Part shown: piece by piece, positions 27,512 through 37,471 of the stretch
Numbering within the stretch: position 1 is the stretch's first letter
Layout: every line of letters begins with the position of its first letter
Assembly: GCA_963708185.1 (NCBI GenBank)
Contig: OY970195.1
Span: 96,001 to 160,000 of the forward strand
Direction: 5' to 3'
Source of the DNA: Candidatus Peregrinibacteria bacterium
GTDB taxonomy: Bacteria; Patescibacteriota; Gracilibacteria; UBA1369
DNA: 64,000 nucleotides
Position numbers and translations under genes: made by a program
The notes under the pieces: model-generated
What the model saw: only the letters and a program-made list of their open reading frames with translations
What the model was told of the DNA's origin: nothing
The model's database searches: none

Positions 27512-28261
27512 TTATTTTGTGATCGGAATGGTGGCGATGCAGTCGCTGTTGTTTTCTCCCAATGCTTTGACAACGATTTGTTCACCGCTCTTTCCACCAT
27601 TATAGAGGACATTCGTGCTCTTGGTAACCAGAGTTTTTGTCAGGTTGCCGCTGGCCTGGACGTCGGCGTCCTGCATCTGGAACTGGCCGCTGTCGGCTTG
27701 CAGAAGGTAGGTGCCGTTAAAATCTGAAGGTGTGGGAATGATCGTTATGGCCGCGCTCTGATCCTGCGGAAGAGGGGACGGATCGGTAACGACTTTGATC
27801 GAGGTGCAGTTTTTGGTCGAGGTCTGGACGACCGGAATGGTTACGAGACAACCTTTGTTTGCGTCTCCTTCGGCCTGGATGGTGATCATGGTTCCGTCGT
27901 CGCCTCCGGAGTAGTTTACTTTTTTGGATGTTGTTTGAATGTACGAACCTACGTTTCCCTGCCCATCGTTGAGTTCACCGCTGCTGGCGGCATAGGTAAA
28001 CGGTCCGGAAAAGTTTTCAGGATTGGTGCTGATGGCGACGACGGCTGAGGTGTTTGCCGGTATGGGGCTTTGAGGAAGCGAGATTGCATCCATCTGCTGG
28101 CAGGAGCCGGCAGCGCTTTGAATCTGCGTCGTTTGCTGGAGGTTTGCCTGGAAAAGTCCGCTTCCTGGGACGATCAAGGCGAGGATAATAATAAGAGCGA
28201 GTCCGGTGATTCCCGTGACTGCTTTCCATGAAAGTTGTTTTTTTGTTGATTGTTTCGGCAT
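27512..28261 (-). CDS. membrane-anchored protein with two Cys-flanked beta-rich repeats
   Basis: TM helix, then two similar ~100 aa units (PQSPIP...SG...VNYSGG / PSPLP...SG...VLYNGG). Confidence 0.7.
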   Translation of the reverse strand: MPKQSTKKQLSWKAVTGITGLALIIILALIVPGSGLFQANLQQTTQIQSAAGSCQQMDAISLPQSPIPANTSAVVAISTNPENFSGPFTYAASSGELNDGQGNVGSYIQTTSKKVNYSGGDDGTMITIQAEGDANKGCLVTIPVVQTSTKNCTSIKVVTDPSPLPQDQSAAITIIPTPSDFNGTYLLQADSGQFQMQDADVQASGNLTKTLVTKSTNVLYNGGKSGEQIVVKALGENNSDCIATIPITK

Positions 28262-28285
28262 TTGAGAATGTGGTGTCTTCAATTA

Positions 28286-28314
28286 ATTATAAAACAACCG
28301 AGCGCGTTAGTCAA
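28286..28314 (-). promoter_or_regulatory. sigma70 promoter
   Basis: TTGACT-N17-TATAAT on the minus strand upstream of 28261. Confidence 0.75.
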
Positions 28315-28376
28315 TTTACAGTCATCATGGGAGCTACTATTATGTCGTGGACATCTTATTTTATTTCCTCATTATT

Positions 28377-29462
28377 ATGCAACGAAAAACACTCCTTACC
28401 GGCGGTGTGATTGCAATGACTGCGGCCTTGGTTTTTGCAGGGTGCCAGCAGGTGCAGCAGCCCCAAAAGTCACCAGAACAGGTCGTTCAGGATGGTATGA
28501 AGAATCTTACTTCCGTAACTTCGCACAAGTTTGAATTCGGGATCAACGCTGATCTGACCGGGCCACAGGGTGAAACTCCCCAGAAAGTGAAATTCAACTT
28601 TACCCTGGGTGGCTCAGTTGACCTCAAGGATACCCAGGATCCGAAGATCAATCTCACGCTTGACGGTTCAGGCAACGCCGATGATCAGAGCGGTGCGGCG
28701 ACGGCTGAACTTCGCATGAATAAAGACGCTCTCTACTTCATGCTTTCCAAGCTCACGACCCAGGGAGGCCAACCGATTCCACAAGAATTTACCACGCAGT
28801 ATGTGGGTAAATGGTGGAAGATCACTATCCCACCTGATGCTTTACAGCAGCTGACGACCAGTTTGCCTGAAGGCGGAAACAGCCAGCAGGCCGCTACCCC
28901 GGAAGAACAGCAGGCAAAAGACAAGATGAAGGCTCTGTTCGAGAGCACCAAGTTCTTCAAGAACATTCAGTTCGTTGGGACTGAAAGCATCAAAGGACAG
29001 TCCAGCTTCCACTACACCGTTGATTTCGACAAGGACGCCTTCATGGCTTTCGCACAGCAGGCGGCTATCGATCAGGGTCAGCCGATGGCAGACACTGATA
29101 TCCAGGATATGAAGGACACTTTGAACAAAGTTGAAATCACCGGCAACCTCTGGATCGACCAGGCGACCGGCATCATGGATCAGGTTTCCGGCGATATCAA
29201 ATTCGTGAACCCGGGTCCGCAAGATCCGTCCGGAACGATGAGCATCCGCGTGACTTTATGGGACTTCAACAAACCGGTCACGGTCGAAGTTCCGGCAGGT
29301 GCTACGGAATTCCCGGTTCAGGAACTTATGGGCGCCATGCTCGGAGCTCCAACCACCGGTACGACCGGTCTTGACCAGAGCATGATGAACAGCGATTCAT
29401 CGATGATGGATTATAGCTCGATGATGACCCAACAGCAGGACATGATGAACCTGGGTCAATAA
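28377..29462 (+). CDS. lipoprotein, LppX/LprA/LolA-like fold suspected
   Basis: lipobox LVFAGC; beta-rich; ends ...DFNKPVTVEVPAGA with a Met-rich tail. Confidence 0.75.
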   Translation: MQRKTLLTGGVIAMTAALVFAGCQQVQQPQKSPEQVVQDGMKNLTSVTSHKFEFGINADLTGPQGETPQKVKFNFTLGGSVDLKDTQDPKINLTLDGSGNADDQSGAATAELRMNKDALYFMLSKLTTQGGQPIPQEFTTQYVGKWWKITIPPDALQQLTTSLPEGGNSQQAATPEEQQAKDKMKALFESTKFFKNIQFVGTESIKGQSSFHYTVDFDKDAFMAFAQQAAIDQGQPMADTDIQDMKDTLNKVEITGNLWIDQATGIMDQVSGDIKFVNPGPQDPSGTMSIRVTLWDFNKPVTVEVPAGATEFPVQELMGAMLGAPTTGTTGLDQSMMNSDSSMMDYSSMMTQQQDMMNLGQ

Positions 29463-29481
29463 TCAGGTACATGGAACATTC

Positions 29482-29509
29482 AAAAGGGCTCCCGGCGGGA
29501 GCCCTTTTT
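29482..29509. terminator. bidirectional intrinsic terminator
   Basis: AAAAGGGCTCCC-GGC-GGGAGCCCTTTTT between convergent genes. Confidence 0.85.
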
Positions 29510-29530
29510 GTTGCGTTCATTTTTGGAGTG

Positions 29531-30367
29531 TCAGATCTCCAGCTTCCGTTTCTTTTTGCGAAGTTCCAGGAATCTTTTTGCGAAGATTTTTTCGAAATGC
29601 GACGTTATCTCGCGGTCGTAATCAGCCGTGGCGTTCCAGATGAGGTCGAAGATTTTTTTCTGGGCCTGGGCCATCTCTTTGCTTTCGATCATCACACCGA
29701 ATTTTTCTTTGAGTGAAGTGATGACGACCTTCTGGTCGTAGATCATGATGTCGAGATGGAAATCGAAATCTTCGGGGATGAGTCTGCTTTCGCGCAGTTC
29801 GCTTTTATCGCGTTTTTTGTGAAGGAAGCTTTCTTCCGTCGCCGGATAGATCGCGCGAACCCTGAGTCCTCTTTGCACGCGTTTTTGATAGTAGCGGGGC
29901 ATATAATGGGGGAGCAGCGAAGAAAGTTCTTCGAGTGAGGCATAACAGCGCAACGGTTCGGAAGAGCTGAAGGTGTTTTCCAGAATGTTCTGCAGTCCGA
30001 CGCCGTCCTGGAAGAAGACGACGTTCGGTTTGACCTCGTATCCTCCCTTGAGATTGTTGAAGTCCTTGAGGGCCAGTCCGAGGTTTTCGATTTTGGATTC
30101 CAGTTCATACTGTTTTGTTTTGAGCTGGTCGAGAACGTAGATGGGCTCGACCGGACGGTAATGGGTGCTTTTTTCCTGGATGGTTTTTTCGATGAACCCT
30201 TTCTGGACCAGGCGGTCGAGTATGGCGTAACAGCTGGAGCGGTTGAGGTTGCCTTTTTTGGCGATGACGCTGACGGCTTGAGGGCCAAGCCTTAAAAGCA
30301 TCAGGTAGATCTTGGCTTCTTTTTCGTTGAGTCCTACTCCTTTGAGGGTTTGGATGAGGTTGTCCAT
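29531..30367 (-). CDS. TrmB-family transcriptional regulator
   Basis: GLNEKEAKIYL, NRSSCYAILDRLVQKG, IMIYDQKV. Confidence 0.88.
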   Translation of the reverse strand: MDNLIQTLKGVGLNEKEAKIYLMLLRLGPQAVSVIAKKGNLNRSSCYAILDRLVQKGFIEKTIQEKSTHYRPVEPIYVLDQLKTKQYELESKIENLGLALKDFNNLKGGYEVKPNVVFFQDGVGLQNILENTFSSSEPLRCYASLEELSSLLPHYMPRYYQKRVQRGLRVRAIYPATEESFLHKKRDKSELRESRLIPEDFDFHLDIMIYDQKVVITSLKEKFGVMIESKEMAQAQKKIFDLIWNATADYDREITSHFEKIFAKRFLELRKKKRKLEI

Positions 30368-30490
30368 AGGCGTTCGATGAAGGAATAGTATATGAAGAAA
30401 GTTTTAAGCATAAAATATTTTCTTTTTTTAGTCAAATTTTTAGGGTGAATTTACGATACTTTCATCAAATTTTCATTCTTGAAGTCCACA

Positions 30491-31834
30491 ATGGGAAGCA
30501 CACATTCTTTTTTTATGTTGAAACGGTGGACACGATCACAATGGGTGAAGTTGGTTTGCGTGATGATCCTGACGGCGGATATTGTTTTGCAGCCCTGGCT
30601 GGCTCAACCGGTTTTTGGTCCGGGAGATATTGCTTTCTACCGCGATGTTCCCGAGAGCCTTCACGTGCAGGGATATGTCGGCGGAGAACCCGATGTACGA
30701 AGCGACAGCCAGAATCTGGTCATCGAGGTGCGAAAGATTTTTCTTCCGCAGGTGCGCGATGTTCACGGAAAACTGCTCATCAAGACCGACCGGTATCCCG
30801 AATATATCTACGGGGAGGAACTGGACGTCACCTGCAAGCTTCAAACGCCTCCCGTTTTTGAGAATTTTTCCTACGCGGCTTTGCTGGCCAAGGATGACAT
30901 TTTTGTTTACTGCACCCGGCCGCTTCTTCATCAAACGGATGGAAACCCGGGAGCCGGCGATATTTTGTTTCAGATCCAGCGATGGTTCTGGAGAGGGATA
31001 TTCGCTTTGAAATCGCATATGATCGAGAGGATCAACCGTTTGTATTCCGAGCCTTCCGCCAGCCTTGCAGCGGGAATTTTGATCGGGCAACGAAGGGCCA
31101 TTCCCCAGGATATTCTCGATAATTTCAATACCGCCGGACTGACCCACGTCCTGGCGATTTCCGGTTACAATGTTTCGATGATGATTATGGTCTTCGGGTA
31201 CTTGTTCCAGAACGCCGCGCGGCGCAGTCGTTACCTCTGGATGTTTTTCGGGGTGATGGTGCTGGTGGTCTTTACCGGATTTTCGGCGAGCGTGCTCCGC
31301 GCGGCCTGGATGGGTTCAATCGCTCTGGTCGCACAGGCCCTTGGACGAAAGGGAAGCGCACTGCATCTTCTTCTCGTGAGCGGGGTCATCATGGTCCTGA
31401 TGAGTCCCCGGATGATTCTCGTCGACCTGTCCTTTCAGCTTTCATTCCTTTCCACGCTGGGCATTCTTGTTTTTATGCCGAAGATCGAGGCCTTTGAAGC
31501 GAAGCTCGTCGCGCGTTCCGGATTTGGCTGGGTCGCCAAAATTCCCGCGTTCATGCGCGAGGGGTTTTGCGTGACGCTCGCCGCTCAGGTCTTTACGATC
31601 CCTTTATTGTTTTATCAGTTCGGGAGGTTTTCGCTTATCGCGCCGGTTGCCAATATTTTTGTTCTTCCTCTCATTCCCTGGATCATGCTTTTCAGTTTTT
31701 GCGGACTCATGATTTCGTTTGTTTTTTTTCCATTGGGACAGCTGTTGAGTTTTATCGCATACGTTTTGATCACTTTGATGCTTCTCTTCGTGGATTTTTT
31801 CGCTCACGTTCCCTTCGCAGCTCTGCAGTTCTAA
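30491..31834 (+). CDS. comEC: ComEC/Rec2 competence membrane protein (no C-terminal beta-lactamase domain; start uncertain)
   Basis: GLTHVLAISGYNV, SVLRAAWM, SFQLSFLST. Confidence 0.92.
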   Translation: MGSTHSFFMLKRWTRSQWVKLVCVMILTADIVLQPWLAQPVFGPGDIAFYRDVPESLHVQGYVGGEPDVRSDSQNLVIEVRKIFLPQVRDVHGKLLIKTDRYPEYIYGEELDVTCKLQTPPVFENFSYAALLAKDDIFVYCTRPLLHQTDGNPGAGDILFQIQRWFWRGIFALKSHMIERINRLYSEPSASLAAGILIGQRRAIPQDILDNFNTAGLTHVLAISGYNVSMMIMVFGYLFQNAARRSRYLWMFFGVMVLVVFTGFSASVLRAAWMGSIALVAQALGRKGSALHLLLVSGVIMVLMSPRMILVDLSFQLSFLSTLGILVFMPKIEAFEAKLVARSGFGWVAKIPAFMREGFCVTLAAQVFTIPLLFYQFGRFSLIAPVANIFVLPLIPWIMLFSFCGLMISFVFFPLGQLLSFIAYVLITLMLLFVDFFAHVPFAALQF

Positions 31835-32112
31835 AACTTCCGGAACCAGGATTCGTGAGGATGAAGCGGATCAATTTTTATGTATGCCGCGTCGCGGTAA
31901 GGGTGTGCTCCTCCGATGTATTCGTAGTAACTGTCTTCCTCGGGTCGTTTTTTCTCATCGATGACGTTCAAGAGCATAAGGTGCGCCCGGGTCGCCCGGC
32001 GGACCTCTTCCAGATATTGTCCGGTTTCCGTCGGGAGGACTTCAGTCACTTCCTGCGTTTCGGGATCAAAAGCTCTTTTCCGTAATTGTGGTGAACTGTT
32101 TCCGTTTTTCAT
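31831..32112 (-). CDS. hypothetical protein
   Basis: short ORF, ATG at 32112, converging on comEC. Confidence 0.4.
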   Translation of the reverse strand: MKNGNSSPQLRKRAFDPETQEVTEVLPTETGQYLEEVRRATRAHLMLLNVIDEKKRPEEDSYYEYIGGAHPYRDAAYIKIDPLHPHESWFRKF

Positions 32113-32188
32113 TAAAAAATCGTGAAAATTTGGTTGGACCAATTAATCACAGGAAATACATATCTGTCAACCCTTCCGATTTTTCGTT

Positions 32189-32806
32189 TTATCTTTTGTA
32201 GACCCAGATCGGGGCCAGGTTGAGGTCGCGGTTGCGTTCTTCGCGATGCGTAACCTTCCAGGAGCCGATCGGAAAGGCGTAGGAAACCACTCGCGCGCCT
32301 TTTTTGAGTTCGGCATCGAGTTTGGGCTGGAGATGAGCGAGTGATTCGGGAAGGAGATAACAGACGATGACGTCTGCATCGCTTAGATTGCGGCGACGGA
32401 AATCGGCGAAACGGATTTTCGCTTTGGATTTCCAGAAGAATTTTCTGATCACCGCCAATGCGAACACTAACGGAGAAAGTTCAAAACCGGTGGCATTGGC
32501 TTTGTATTCGTTGGCTGCAAGGTAAACCATTCTCCCGTCACCGCAGCCGATGTCATAAACTTTTTCGCCGGGTTTGATCTTGGCGAGTTCGAGCATTTTT
32601 TCAACCCTGGCCATGGGCGTCGGCACAAACGGTGCGCCTGTAGCCATGGCAATAATCGTTGGAATGGTAATGAGGATGGCAAGCGCCATGGCCCACGGCG
32701 TACGGAAAGTATCCGTGGCAAGAGCAACGATGGCTACCACTGCAACGGAAAGCAGAAAGAAGGTAATGAAGTCGAGAACCTTGTTGTTTTTTGTTTTAGA
32801 TTTCAT
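32189..32806 (-). CDS. membrane-anchored class I SAM methyltransferase (FAM173-like)
   Basis: two TM helices, GAPFVPT, YDIGCGDGR, VIVCYL, GARVVSYAF. Confidence 0.88.
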   Translation of the reverse strand: MKSKTKNNKVLDFITFFLLSVAVVAIVALATDTFRTPWAMALAILITIPTIIAMATGAPFVPTPMARVEKMLELAKIKPGEKVYDIGCGDGRMVYLAANEYKANATGFELSPLVFALAVIRKFFWKSKAKIRFADFRRRNLSDADVIVCYLLPESLAHLQPKLDAELKKGARVVSYAFPIGSWKVTHREERNRDLNLAPIWVYKR

Positions 32807-33365
32807 ACATGTAAATCGTTGGCAGTTTTTGTTTTGGATTTCTTGCCCAGACGCGGCTGGGTTTCACGCCGCGGATGGAAAAGGTGTTGCTGATGATGCG
32901 CGTTCCTTTCCTGCACTCCTTCTTGAGTTTCTTATAGAGCTGGGACATGGTTTCCGGTCCCAGGTAGCAGAAGATGACGTTGGCGTCTTTGAGGTTGGCG
33001 TGAAAGAAGTTGGCGAGATAGACGTTGATTTTGGAGTTGATGAGCAGTTTGTTCAGCTGTGCCAGCATGTAGGGGATCGGAGCCAGTTCGTACCCTTTGG
33101 CGAGGATTTTTTTCTTTTTTTCGGCTTCGAAGAGTAGTCTTCCATCGCCGCAGCCCAGGTCGTAGACCACTTCGTTGTTTTTGAGTCCGGCAACCTTGAC
33201 CATTTTTTGCATGACCCGTTTCTTGGTTGGAACGAAGGGGACCCGCAGGAAAAGACTGATCATCGCGGTGAGGAGCATCAGCATGGTGAGTGCCAGAATG
33301 CCCATGGCGATCGTTTCGCGGAACATTTCCATAGTCATGGTGTAAATTTCTTTCAAGTTTAGCAT
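32796..33365 (-). CDS. membrane-anchored class I SAM methyltransferase (FAM173-like)
   Basis: VPFVPT, YDLGCGDGR, VIFCYL, GTRIISNTF. Confidence 0.88.
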   Translation of the reverse strand: MLNLKEIYTMTMEMFRETIAMGILALTMLMLLTAMISLFLRVPFVPTKKRVMQKMVKVAGLKNNEVVYDLGCGDGRLLFEAEKKKKILAKGYELAPIPYMLAQLNKLLINSKINVYLANFFHANLKDANVIFCYLGPETMSQLYKKLKKECRKGTRIISNTFSIRGVKPSRVWARNPKQKLPTIYMYEI

Positions 33366-33447
33366 AAAAAGCCGCTAAAGTCTAAAAATATTGTTCCCAA
33401 AACGGTCAACCTTTGTTAAGGTGTCTAGCGTCATTTTATTTATCAAT

Positions 33448-34305
33448 ATGCCAAAAGAGGTTTCCATCGGTCTTGTCCAGATGCATTCCGGCGAAGATAC
33501 CGGCGCCAACTTGAAAAAAGCTCTTGAGGGGATGGCTGAAGCGGCAAAGAAAGGCGCGCAGATCATCGCATTGCCGGAACTGTTCCGGGCTCCGTATTTT
33601 TGTCAGAAGAAAGATGACAAGTTTTTCAATTTCGCCGAGCCTTTTCCGGGGCCGACCGTCGAGGCGTTGGTCAAAGCCGCCAGGGAATATGAGGTGGTCG
33701 TTGTTACCTCCGTGTATGAGAAAGCTTCGGAGGGGAAATACTATAATACCGCAGTGGTCATCGACGCCGATGGTTCTCTGGCCGGAAAGTACCGCAAAAT
33801 CCATATCCCGAACGATCCCGAACACGGGTACGACGAAGCCTATTATTTTTCTCCTGGTGATCTTGGAGTGGGAGTTTTTCAAACGCGTTACGCCAAAGTG
33901 GCTCCGCAGATCTGTTATGACCAGTGGTTCCCGGAAGGCGCGCGCATTGCCGGACAGAAGGGCGCGGAAATTTTATTTTTCCCCACGGCCATCGGATGGC
34001 CGGTGAATCAGCGTGAAGAGTGGCTCAATAAAGCGGAGAATACGATGTGGAAAACCACACAGATCAGTCACGGTATTGATAATAATTGCTTCGTGGCCGC
34101 CGTGAATCAGGTCCAGCTTCAGGATACGTTGAATTTTTGGGGAAGCTCTTTTGTGAGTGATCCCTACGGACAGGTGCTTGGTGAAGCTTCGATGGATAAA
34201 GAAGAGGTTCTGGTGGTGAAATGCAATCTCGACGTTATTCAGTTGAAGGAACATGATTGGCCTTTTCACAGCGATGTTTCCAAGGTAACCGATAACATGA
34301 AGTAA
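33448..34305 (+). CDS. aguB: N-carbamoylputrescine amidase (carbon-nitrogen hydrolase)
   Basis: LPELF, YRKIHIP, ICYDQWFPE, PTAIGW; adjacent to aguA. Confidence 0.88.
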   Translation: MPKEVSIGLVQMHSGEDTGANLKKALEGMAEAAKKGAQIIALPELFRAPYFCQKKDDKFFNFAEPFPGPTVEALVKAAREYEVVVVTSVYEKASEGKYYNTAVVIDADGSLAGKYRKIHIPNDPEHGYDEAYYFSPGDLGVGVFQTRYAKVAPQICYDQWFPEGARIAGQKGAEILFFPTAIGWPVNQREEWLNKAENTMWKTTQISHGIDNNCFVAAVNQVQLQDTLNFWGSSFVSDPYGQVLGEASMDKEEVLVVKCNLDVIQLKEHDWPFHSDVSKVTDNMK

Positions 34306-34306
34306 C

Positions 34307-35386
34307 ATGACCTACCTGATGCCCGCAGAATGGGAACCACATGAAGGGACCTGGCTGGCCTGGCCGCATAACCTTTCGCATTGGCCGGGGAAGTTCGAAC
34401 CGACTCCGTTGGATTACGTACAGATCATCCGAGCGCTTGCCGAAAGCGAGAAGGTTTTTGTGTGCGTCAATGATGAAAAAATGGAACAGGAAGCCCGGAA
34501 GTTCCTGGGAAAAGGCGGCAGCATCAGTTTCCAGAGCGACGGAAAAATTCGCACACGGGAAGTTGCCGGAGTGTCTGCGGAGTTGATGAAGAACGTCATG
34601 TTTTATCGGATACCGACGGACTCTTCGTGGATGCGCGATATTGGTCCGATTTTTGTGCGGGACGTTGAAAAGGGAGGACTGGTTGCGTTGGATTGGGATT
34701 TTAACGCATGGGGAGCCAAGTACAAACCTTACGATCAGGACAATCTGGTTCCCAAAAAAGTCGCGGAAACGCTGGGATTAGAGTTCCGCGAACCGGGGAT
34801 GGTTCTGGAAGGCGGTTCCATAGACGTCAACGGCCGCGGGCTGCTGTTGACCACGGAGCAGTGCCTGTTGAACAAGAACCGCAACCCTCAGTTGGCCCGC
34901 GGCCAGATCGAGGATTATTTGCATAAGTTTTTCGGCGCCAAGAAGGTGCTGTGGCTCAAAGAGGGCATTGACGGCGATGATACCGACGGACATATCGATG
35001 ACGTTGCGCGGTTTGTTTCTCCGGACATGGTGGTGTGCGCCGTGGAAACGGACGAGAACGATGAAAACTATCCGATTTTGAAGCAATGTTACGAAGACCT
35101 GAAGAAGATGACCGACCTGGACGGGAAACCTTTGAAAGTCGTAAAACTTCCCATGCCTTTGCCCGTTCTCCATGAGGGCCAGCGTTTGCCCGCGAGCTAC
35201 GCGAATTTTCTCATCACCAACAAGAGCGTCCTCGTGCCCACGTTTGAATGTGAACGGGACAAGGAAGCTCTTGATGTTTTACAGAAGTGTTTTCCGGACC
35301 GTAAGGTGGTCGGGATTGATTGTACAGATTTGATTTGGGGCCTGGGGACGATTCATTGTTCCAGTCAGCAGCAACCCATCCGGTAA
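34307..35386 (+). CDS. aguA: agmatine deiminase
   Basis: MPAEWEPH, WMRD, EGGSIDVNG, DTDGHID, ASYANF, GTIHCSSQQ. Confidence 0.95.
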   Translation: MTYLMPAEWEPHEGTWLAWPHNLSHWPGKFEPTPLDYVQIIRALAESEKVFVCVNDEKMEQEARKFLGKGGSISFQSDGKIRTREVAGVSAELMKNVMFYRIPTDSSWMRDIGPIFVRDVEKGGLVALDWDFNAWGAKYKPYDQDNLVPKKVAETLGLEFREPGMVLEGGSIDVNGRGLLLTTEQCLLNKNRNPQLARGQIEDYLHKFFGAKKVLWLKEGIDGDDTDGHIDDVARFVSPDMVVCAVETDENDENYPILKQCYEDLKKMTDLDGKPLKVVKLPMPLPVLHEGQRLPASYANFLITNKSVLVPTFECERDKEALDVLQKCFPDRKVVGIDCTDLIWGLGTIHCSSQQQPIR

Positions 35387-35413
35387 GCAACCGAAAGCGC
35401 TTCCGGGAGCGTA

Positions 35414-36955
35414 TTAAAACGAAGCCCAGATCATCTGGTTGTAGATTTCGTGGTGGAAAAGGATTTCGCCGTTCTTGATTTTGGTGCCGAGAGAACGAGG
35501 GCTGCGGTTTGACGCGGATTTTTTGAGTTCAGCGTATTTGGCGTGGTTTTCAGCGCCCATAATCTGTTTCATGAAGTCGCTTTTTTCGAATCTTATGATG
35601 GCGGTGTCGATCTCACCGGGGAGCTTTTGCGGTTTTCCGTTGAACACCGCTTTCTCCATCTTCTGGAGTTCGGATTCGGAAGCCGCCATCCCGGCCAGAC
35701 CGCACTGGATAAGCGTGTAGTAGGCAACGTAAGGATTCGCGTCCGGGGCCACCGTTCGGACCTCGATGCGGGCGCTTTTTTCGTTGCCGATGGGGATGCG
35801 GATCATCGACCCGCGGTCTGTCGCCGATATTTTAATCTCATTGGGTGCTTCGTAGGCGGGGTCGAGACGGCGGTAGGCGTTGACGCTGGAGTTGATGGTC
35901 AAACAGAGGTCCATGCCGTAATAGAGGATGCCGGTGGCGAAGCGGCGTGCGGTTTCGGAAAGCTTATGGTCTCCCTTGGCATCATAGAAAAGGTTTTTAT
36001 CGTTTTTGGAGAGCGACATGTTCGTATGCATCCCGCTGCCGTTGATGCCCTGGACGGGTTTCGGCAGGAACGATGCAGTAAGGCCCATGGCGCTCGCCAC
36101 CTGACGGGCCAGCAGCTTGTAGAGTTGGATCTGATCCGCGGTGTGGAGCGCGCTCGTGAAGCGGAAATTGAGTTCAAACTGGGCCGGGGCCACTTCAGGA
36201 TGGTCTTTTTCGTTTTCGAAGCCGAGGGCCCGTTGGACCTCCGCGAACTTATCGATGAATTTTCTTAACACGTCCTGGGGCAGGGAACTGTAGTATCCGC
36301 TCGATGTGACCAGTTCGAAGCCGGTTTTTTCATCGTAGGACTGTTCGGCCTTGAATCCTTTAAAAAGGAATCCTTCGATTTCGGGGGCGATATTTACGGT
36401 GATGCCTTTGGCTTCCAGTTCTTCGCACAGCGTTGAAAGGCGGGAACGGAAGTCACTCTCGTAGAGGCTCCCGTCCTTGTCGCAGACATTGGCGAACAGC
36501 AGAATTTTTCCGCGGCCGAACAGGTCCGATGGGGCGAAGCGAAAGGTACTCCAGTCTATTTTTAAACGGAGGTCGGACTCTTTCTGTGGCGTAAAGCCGC
36601 GGATGGACGAACCGTCAAAGGTCAGGTTGTCTTCCGCTCCCAGGAGGAATTTCTTGTCATAGTCCAGGCTGTGAAGTCTTCCTTCGAGATCACTGAAGAA
36701 CACGGTCAGGGCTTTGATGCCCGGCTCTTTGCGAAGATAGTCCATGAATTTTTCACGCATCTCTTCAGTAGTGTTTGAGGACCGTTCTTTTTTGATCTGC
36801 AGGTTGCGCTCTTCGAGTTCGAGGTAATCCAGGTCCAGCAGATGGTCCGGAATGATGAAATCGAAATCGTAATCGCGTTCGCGCGGAGTGATGGTTCCCG
36901 GGGTTTTGGTCGTCGTTTTTTTGGTGATGATGCCTTCAACCATAAGAGTGTGCAT
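35414..36955 (-). CDS. glnA: glutamine synthetase type I family
   Basis: FDGSSIRGF, HPEVAPAQFE, PKPVQGINGSGMH, YEAP, RIEVR. Confidence 0.88.
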   Translation of the reverse strand: MHTLMVEGIITKKTTTKTPGTITPRERDYDFDFIIPDHLLDLDYLELEERNLQIKKERSSNTTEEMREKFMDYLRKEPGIKALTVFFSDLEGRLHSLDYDKKFLLGAEDNLTFDGSSIRGFTPQKESDLRLKIDWSTFRFAPSDLFGRGKILLFANVCDKDGSLYESDFRSRLSTLCEELEAKGITVNIAPEIEGFLFKGFKAEQSYDEKTGFELVTSSGYYSSLPQDVLRKFIDKFAEVQRALGFENEKDHPEVAPAQFELNFRFTSALHTADQIQLYKLLARQVASAMGLTASFLPKPVQGINGSGMHTNMSLSKNDKNLFYDAKGDHKLSETARRFATGILYYGMDLCLTINSSVNAYRRLDPAYEAPNEIKISATDRGSMIRIPIGNEKSARIEVRTVAPDANPYVAYYTLIQCGLAGMAASESELQKMEKAVFNGKPQKLPGEIDTAIIRFEKSDFMKQIMGAENHAKYAELKKSASNRSPRSLGTKIKNGEILFHHEIYNQMIWASF

Positions 36956-37260
36956 TAAGAATTAAGAGTGTTTTTCGTTGTTTGTCCGAAGTTCTGGTCG
37001 AACCAGTGAGAAAGGTGCGTTTCGGCGTTTTTTTTACCGATGGTATCCGTGAGTTTTTTGACGGCTTCGCGATATTCCTCACTGGTGAGAAGCTCGAGGT
37101 GTCCGGCTTTTCCGAGGGCGATTCTTACTGATGCGATGGTCGCGTCGAAATCCCTTATGGCCATTTCTTCTTTCGACCATTGGGCGTTTTCGGATGCGTC
37201 GACGGCCGGTGTTTCGACCTGATTGGGGCTCGGCTCGATGTGCAGTGTTTCCTGAGGCAT
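36955..37260 (-). CDS. hypothetical protein, translationally coupled to glnA
   Basis: 101 aa; its stop overlaps the glnA start (TAATG). Confidence 0.6.
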   Translation of the reverse strand: MPQETLHIEPSPNQVETPAVDASENAQWSKEEMAIRDFDATIASVRIALGKAGHLELLTSEEYREAVKKLTDTIGKKNAETHLSHWFDQNFGQTTKNTLNS

Positions 37261-37347
37261 AAACTGGTAAAGAGAATGGATAAATACGAAAGAACTCTAA
37301 ATCAAAAAAGATGAAAAACAAGTGCGATCATTGTGCCGTTTTTTTGT

Positions 37348-37432
37348 TGTAGCAAAGTCCGACAAAGTTTTTTTTCTCTTTATTTTCAAGGTTTTTTGTA
37401 TTATTTTTCCAGAGCTGTCGTAATTTTCTACA
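37348..37432. promoter_or_regulatory. two related pseudo-palindromic operator-like sites
   Basis: TGTAG-N7-CGACA (37348-37364) and TGTCG-N7-CTACA (37416-37432) in a divergent promoter region. Confidence 0.5.
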
Positions 37433-37471
37433 ACAGTTTTTATTGCCGGGAACCTTTATATATGTTTTTTT

